Assembly: GCA_002269645.1 (NCBI GenBank)
Contig: NIVC01001161.1
Coordinates: 92,556-156,555 of the forward strand
Direction: 5' to 3'
From: Macrostomum lignano
Lineage: Eukaryota
Length of the DNA stretch: 64,000 bases
The notes beneath the pieces were generated by a model, which saw only the letters and a list, made by a program, of their open reading frames with translations, did no database searches and had not been told where the DNA came from. Below, one piece after another: positions 46,470-64,000 of the stretch (within the stretch, counting starts at the first letter, position 1; each line of letters begins with the position of its first letter). A program made the position numbers and the translations under genes.

Positions 46470-48870
46470 CACAAAGGCATACAGCCTGTTACAGAGGACT
46501 GCTGCCTGATGCATTGTACACAGAGGCCTACAGCCTGTTATACACAAAGGTCTACAGTCTGTTACACAGAGGTCTACAGCCTGTTACACAGAGGTCTACA
46601 GCCTGTTACACAGAGGCCTACAGTCTGTTACACAGAGGTCTACAGCCTGTTACACAGAGGCCTACAGTCTGTTACACAGAGGTCTACAGCCTGTTACACA
46701 GAGGCCTACAGTCTGTTGCACAGAGGTCTACAGTCTGTTACACAGAGGCCTACAGTCTGTTACACAGAGGTCTACAGTCTGTTACACAGAGGCCTACAGT
46801 CTGTTACACAGAGGTCTACAGTCTGTTACACAGAGGTCTACAGCCTGTTACACAGAGGCCTACAGTCTGTTACACAGAGGTCTACAGTCTGTTACACAGA
46901 GGCCTACAGTCTGTTGCACAGAGGTCTACAGCCTGTTACACAGAGGCCTACAGCCTGTTACACAGAGGTCTACAGTCTGTTACACAGAGGTCTACAGTCT
47001 GTTACACAGAGGTCTACAGCCTGTTACACAGAGGTCTACAGTCTGTAACACAGAGGTCTACAGTCTGTTACACAGAGGTCTACAGTCTGTTACACAGAGG
47101 CCTACAGTCTGTTACACAGAGGTCTACAGTCTGTTACACAGAGGTCTACAGTCTGTTACACAGAGGCCTACAGTCTGTTACACAGAGGTCTACAGTCTGT
47201 TACACAGAGGTCTACAGCCTGTTACACAGAGGTCTACAGTCTGTTACACAGAGGTCTACAGTCTGTTACACAGAGGCCTACAGTCTGTTACACAGAGGTC
47301 TACAGTCTGTTACACAGAGGTCTACAGTCTGTTACACAGAGGTCTACAGTCTGTTACACAGAGGTCTACAGTCTGTTACACAGAGGTCTACAGTCTGTTA
47401 CACAGAGGCCTACAGTCTGTTGCACAGAGGTCTACAGTCTGTTACACAGAGGCCTACAGTCTGTTACACAGAGGTCTACAGTCTGTTACACAGAGGCCTA
47501 CAGTCTGTTACACAGAGGTCTACAGTCTGTTACACAGAGGTCTACAGCCTGTTACACAGAGGTCTACAGTCTGTTACACAGAGGCCTACAGTCTGTTACA
47601 CAGAGGTCTACAGTCTGTTACACAGAGGCCTACAGTCTGTTACACAGAGGTCTACAGTCTGTTACACAGAGGTCTACAGTCTGTTACACAGAGGCCTACA
47701 GTCTGTTACACAGAGGTCTACAGTCTGTTACACAGAGGTCTACAGCCTGTTACACAGAGGTCTACAGTCTGTTACACAGAGGTCTGCAGTCTGTTACACA
47801 GAGGTCTACAGCCTGTTACACAGAGGTCTACAGTCTGTTACACAGAGGTCTACAGTCTGTTACACAGAGGCCTACAGTCTGTTACACAGAGGTCTACAGT
47901 CTGTTACACAGAGGTCTACAGCCTGTTACACAGAGGTCTACAGTCTGTTACACAGAGGTCTACAGTCTGTTACACAGAGGTCTACAGTCTGTTACACAGA
48001 GGTCTACAGTCTGTTACACAGAGGTCTACAGTCTGTTACACAGAGGTCTACAGTCTGTTACACAGAGGCCTACAGTCTGTTGCACAGAGGTCTACAGTCT
48101 GTTACACAGAGGCCTACAGTCTGTTACACAGAGGTCTACAGTCTGTTACACAGAGGCCTACAGTCTGTTACACAGAGGTCTACAGTCTGTTACACAGAGG
48201 TCTACAGCCTGTTACACAGAGGTCTACAGTCTGTTACACAGAGGCCTACAGTCTGTTACACAGAGGTCTACAGTCTGTTACACAGAGGCCTACAGTCTGT
48301 TACACAGAGGTCTACAGTCTGTTACACAGAGGTCTACAGTCTGTTACACAGAGGCCTACAGTCTGTTACACAGAGGTCTACAGTCTGTTACACAGAGGTC
48401 TACAGCCTGTTACACAGAGGTCTACAGTCTGTTACACAGAGGTCTGCAGTCTGTTACACAGAGGTCTACAGCCTGTTACACAGAGGTCTACAGTCTGTTA
48501 CACAGAGGTCTACAGTCTGTTACACAGAGGCCTACAGTCTGTTACACAGAGGTCTACAGTCTGTTACACAGAGGTCTACAGCCTGTTACACAGAGGTCTA
48601 CAGTCTGTTACACAGAGGTCTACAGTCTGTTACACAGAGGTCTGCAGTCTGTTACACAGAGGTCTACAGTCTGTTACACAGAGGTCTACAGTCTGTTACA
48701 CAGAGGTCTACAGCCTGTTACACAGAGGTCTACAGTCTGTTACACAGAGGTCTACAGTCTGTTACACAGAGGCCTACAGTCTGTTACACAGAGGTCTACA
48801 GTCTGTTACACAGAGGTCTACAGTCTGTTACACAGAGGCCTACAGTCTGTTACACAGAGGTCTACAGCCT
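46470..48870. repeat. 22-bp minisatellite, right array, with a perfect 660-bp tandem duplication
   Basis: 47281-47940 equals 47941-48600 line for line (30 units). Confidence 0.95.
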
Positions 48871-49639
48871 TAAATAAAGCAGAACTCAGAAGCCAGCCGA
48901 GTTGTCAAAATTTTTGATCGCATTAGGAGGCGAAGCATTTTGTCCACAAATTATCTACTGTAGTGAGACACACCTGTCAAATATTCGTATATTTTGCTAA
49001 TCATATCAAATTCAGCACTCGGGCATTACAATGACACAGACAGACAGACAAACAAAAACACGGAAATCAAAGAGAAGCGTAACAGATGAAAAGAACGCCT
49101 TTAGCTTTTGTTTCTTTGTCGAGAAGTTTTTTCAAACAATTAATTTATGAGTTTTACGCAAAAGCAAACAGAAGTTTCGCGCCAGAGATTATGAAAACAA
49201 TTTACACAAGAAAATCTTACAAGCTACTACTGTTAAAACATCGTATGAACCAAGACAAGAGACACGAAAGCAACAAGACTTCAGTGTTAAATAATAAGGG
49301 TAACTTTTTGAACATAAAAATATTCAGAATTAAAATAATGAGTCACCGAATGCCACTGTGTCTCAGGCCGAACTTCTCATGGCCTCAATCAAAATCTTTC
49401 TGAATAAATTCAATATTTTTTGACGAAGCGGTGCTACTAGATAAAGTTTTGCAGATAGTCTGACAGGAGACACAAAGTTGCTCATCATTGATGATAACAG
49501 CTTTTTAATGTTTTTTAATAATTTATTTATTACAAATTTGAGAAATGCAAACAAGAAAGTCCTCTTTGACATTTAAGCATTTCGCCTGTATACAGGACGA
49601 GCCAATGTTATTGCCATGGGCGTCACTGGGCCTACCGGT

Positions 49640-50230
49640 CATAAGGGTCATTAGTCCCAAATAGTCATAAGGGTCATTAGTCCCAACCAGTCATAAGGGT
49701 CATTAGTCCAAACCCGTCATAAGGGTCATTAGTCCAAACCAGCCATTAGGGTCATTAGTCCCAACCAATCATAAGGGTCATTAGTCCAAACCAGTCATAA
49801 GGGTCATTAGTCCAAACCATTCATAAGGGTCATTAGTCCAAACCAGTCATTAGGGTCATTAGTCCCAACCAGTCATAAGGGTCATTAGTCCCAACCAGTC
49901 ATTAGGGTCATTAGTCCAAACCCGTCATAACGGCCATTAGTCCCAACCAGTCATTAGGGTCATTAGTCCAAACCCGTCATAACGGTCATTAGTCCCAACC
50001 AGTAATCATAAGGGTCATTAGTCCCAACCAGTAATCATACCGGTCATTAGTCCCAACCAGTAATCATAACGGTCATTAGTCCCAACCAGTAATCATAACG
50101 GTCATTAGTCCCAACCAGTAATCATAACGGTCATTAGTCCCAACCAGTCATCATAAGGGTCATTAGTCCCAAGCAGTCATTAGGGTCATTAGTCCCGACC
50201 AATCTTAAAGGTCATTAATCACAACCGGTC
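49640..50230. repeat. 26/29-bp minisatellite (CATAAGGGTCATTAGTCCCAACCAGT)
   Basis: Direct periodicity. Confidence 0.9.
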
Positions 50231-50574
50231 ATATGGTTGAGATTAATGACCCTAATTTGGCCCAATAATTAAGTTACTATTTTGAGTGCTCACACGCAGG
50301 CAATCACGAACAATAACAACTGTCAATATTAATATATAAAAGACCAAACGGGTTTAGTCAGAACCAGAACAACAGTTATCGTCACTCAACTGACAAGTTA
50401 TAATAATATATAGTTGACAAATAACACTGACTGGCAGTCCTTCCCACTATTGTTATTTACCTTCTCTCTGTCTCTATAAATTTTTCTGAAAATCTAGCAG
50501 ATTTATTGAAAGAAAACAATATTTATCAGCAATGAGATGCTGTCTTGCTACTAGCAGTAGTGCAGCAAGGGGCG

Positions 50575-61619
<11,045 letters not shown>

Positions 61620-61664
61620 CTGCGGGGTGGGGGCGGGACTGGTGACCTTGGGGACAATTGAAGT

Positions 61665-61665
61665 G

Positions 61666-61747
<82 letters not shown>

Positions 61748-61754
61748 GACAGAC

Positions 61755-61788
<34 letters not shown>

Positions 61789-61790
61789 CT
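61665..61790. repeat. (CAGA)n microsatellite
   Basis: Direct reading. Confidence 0.95.
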
Positions 61791-62639
61791 GGGGATGAGC
61801 ACTAGTAGGTGCCCTACTACTTACAGTCTAACAGCAAGCAGAAAATTGTCACTGTGAGGCCACTTTAACCACCCCTCCCAAGATTGCATTCAGCAGCGTT
61901 TCGCCTTGGGAGATAAAACTGCAAAACAAGCTCGTAGCCCTGTGTCAAAAAACACAATGGTACTCCGTTTGCATGGAAAAACACACATCTGAGGGTCGAT
62001 CCGTCTAAGCCTGGGTGCTGAGGTGGGCGCGAAGCGTCTGCTCAAAAAAGCAACAATTGGCATAGCGAGAATCGGTGTGTGAGAAGCAGCATTTAGTATA
62101 CAGCATACAGCTACAGTATGGCGCTCACAAGAGCCGCACTGACTAAGCGAAGGCTTTGGATGCAGCAGAGAGACCGGCTGCACACGCCAGCATAACTGCG
62201 CTATAAAAGAATGCGTATGGCGATGACTCATCGCGGTCGTAGAAAGAATTTCTACTTTTCTCTCCCCCCTCCATGCTGGAAGCCTGTACGCATAAAACTC
62301 ATAGCGTTTTTTTCAGACCATTTTTACTCCTCTGGGTGGAAAATGCTAACCTTAGGGTATTTTTTAAATGTGTACGCGTACTGCACACGAACTGAACACG
62401 TACTGTAACGCGCGACTGTCATGCCAGTCGCAAATACAGACAGGGATTGCGAGATTTGTGTATTGAGCTCAGCAGATCCTGACTGTTTTTGCTAAATTAT
62501 TGTCTAGTCTTTTACTAGACAATACTGGATTCCCTTTGTGTAGCACTGATGCTGCTGTTGCCGCTGCTGGCTGCTGTTGCTGCATAGAGTTAATGCTCTA
62601 TGAGAGGCAAAATAGAGTGGAAGACTGGAAGATTGGAAG

Positions 62640-63450
62640 TAGAAAAATGCTGAGGAGGAGAGAGGAAGGGTAGACAGAAGAGGAGAGGGTAGAGAGAAAG
62701 TAGAGTGGGGAGAGGGTAGAGGAGAGGGTAGAAAGGAAGGAGATGGTAGAGGGAGGAGGGTAGAGAGGGGGTAGAGGGAAGAGGGTAGATGGGTAGAAAG
62801 GAAGAAGGTAGAGGGAGGTGTAGAGAGGGGGTAGAGGATAGAAGGAGGAGACGGTTAGAAGAGGATAGAGGGGGGAGAGGGTAGAGGGAAAAGTGGGTAG
62901 AGGGTAGAGGGAGGGGGTAGAGGGGAGGGAGAGGGGAGGGAGAGGGTAGAAAGGAAGGAGAGGGTAGAACAGAGGGTAGAGAGGAAGGAGAGGGTGGAGC
63001 AGAGGGTAGAGAGGAAGGAGAGGGTGAGCAGAGGGTAGAGAGGAAGGAGAGGGTAACAGAGGTAGAGAGGAAGGAGAGGGTGGAGCAGAGGTAGAGAGGA
63101 AGGAGAGGGTGAAGCAGAGGGTAGAGAGGAAGGAGAGGGTAGAACAGAGGGTAGAGAGGAAGGAGAGGGAAGGAGGAGGGGGTAGAGGGGAGGGAGAGGT
63201 AGAACCGAGGTAGAGAGGAAGGAGAGGGTAGAACAGAGGGTAGAGAGGAAGGAGAGGGTGGAGCAGAGGGTAGAGAGGAAGGAGAGGGTGGAGCAGAGGG
63301 TAGAGAGGAAGGAGAGGAAGGAGGAGGTAGAGGGAGGGAGAGGGTAGAACAGAGGGTAAGAGAGGAAGGAGAGGGTAGAACAGAGGGTAGAGAGGAAGGA
63401 GAGGTAGGGGGAGGAGGGGAGGTAGCAGAGCAGAGGAGCAGAGGGTGACA
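62640..63450. repeat. Purine-rich (AGAGGGTAGAGAGGAAGG)-type repeat
   Basis: Direct reading. Confidence 0.9.
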
Positions 63451-64000
63451 AGCAGGTAGACAGTCGCAATATGCAGGTGATAGAGCGAGCTGAGCTCAGG
63501 ATTAACAAAGAATGCGGAGGCCTGTGAGCCCCAGCCCAGACTGTCTGGCATGCAATTTCTACAAGCTACAAGTTCGAGGCTGATGGGAATGTGAGGGAGG
63601 GGACCCCGCCCAGAATCAATGCCTGCACTGACAGCGCATCGATGGAACAGCATGAGGATTTTGAGTGCGCAGCTGGGCGATTTCGAGGGGGAAATGGAGA
63701 GAGTAGGGAACTGCTCCTCCCTTCACGTTCTCGCTGGGGCTTCGGCAAAATAAATTATACAAGGCCAGGCGAGACAGACAGAGGAGCGAGGTGTGTGCAA
63801 TGGATTATTTCTCACCCCTTGCTCAACAAAAATCCCCATTCCCGCTTATCCGACCAGACCAAACCCCTCCGCTCCCGACTATACTAGAGTAGGGAGCTAG
63901 GAGGATTATAAATCCTAGATGGCCGGCAACCCTCCGGTACCCAGGGCTGCAGTACAGCTGTGGTACACCCAGTGCATACAGATATTATGCAGACACAAGT

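Noticed and set aside
46514-48877. 787-aa ORF, and similar long ORFs at 10643, 12561, 14899, 16230, 18605, 21461, 28982, 29058, 31294, 55832 and 62598
   Set aside because: These are stop-free frames of mini- or microsatellites. The amino-acid period matches the DNA unit and no domain is recognisable.
61890-63887. ORFs 61890-62231, 62211-62408, 63566-63748 and 63591-63887 as KDM3 5' exons or a new gene
   Set aside because: No recognisable motifs and no confidently phase-matched splice sites. The KDM3 5' end probably lies here or beyond the window but cannot be placed.

Overview
Animal (eukaryotic) genomic DNA with GC-rich exons and introns packed with minisatellites. The style resembles a free-living flatworm such as Macrostomum, but that is inference only. 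Layout: (1) 1-9.2 kb is an AT-rich, strongly CpG-depleted graveyard of DNA transposons (hAT-type MITEs with 8-bp TSDs, a palindromic element, a mariner relic). (2) NOB1, + strand, 3 exons. (3) An LNX1/2-like RING + 4 PDZ E3 ligase, + strand, 10 coding exons, two GC-AG introns. (4) An ankyrin-like protein ending in a CaaX box, + strand. (5) A nested retroelement block at 38.1-46.1 kb: a deleted Gypsy element with a tRNA-iMet PBS, then a second Gypsy integrase split by a full-length LOA/R1-group LINE (ORF1; APE-RT-RNase H; 12-bp TSD). The same 22-bp minisatellite flanks the block on both sides. (6) A KDM3/JMJD1-type JmjC demethylase, - strand, 5' end unresolved. Most long ORFs in the track are minisatellite artefacts. 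Best leads: an excess of CG->TA double transitions in the left-hand transposon domain (possible RIP-like hypermutation), the TGATG-coupled LINE with structured UTRs, five single-base -1 frameshifts, and an in-frame 42-nt cassette-exon candidate in KDM3. All alignments and counts were done by eye.
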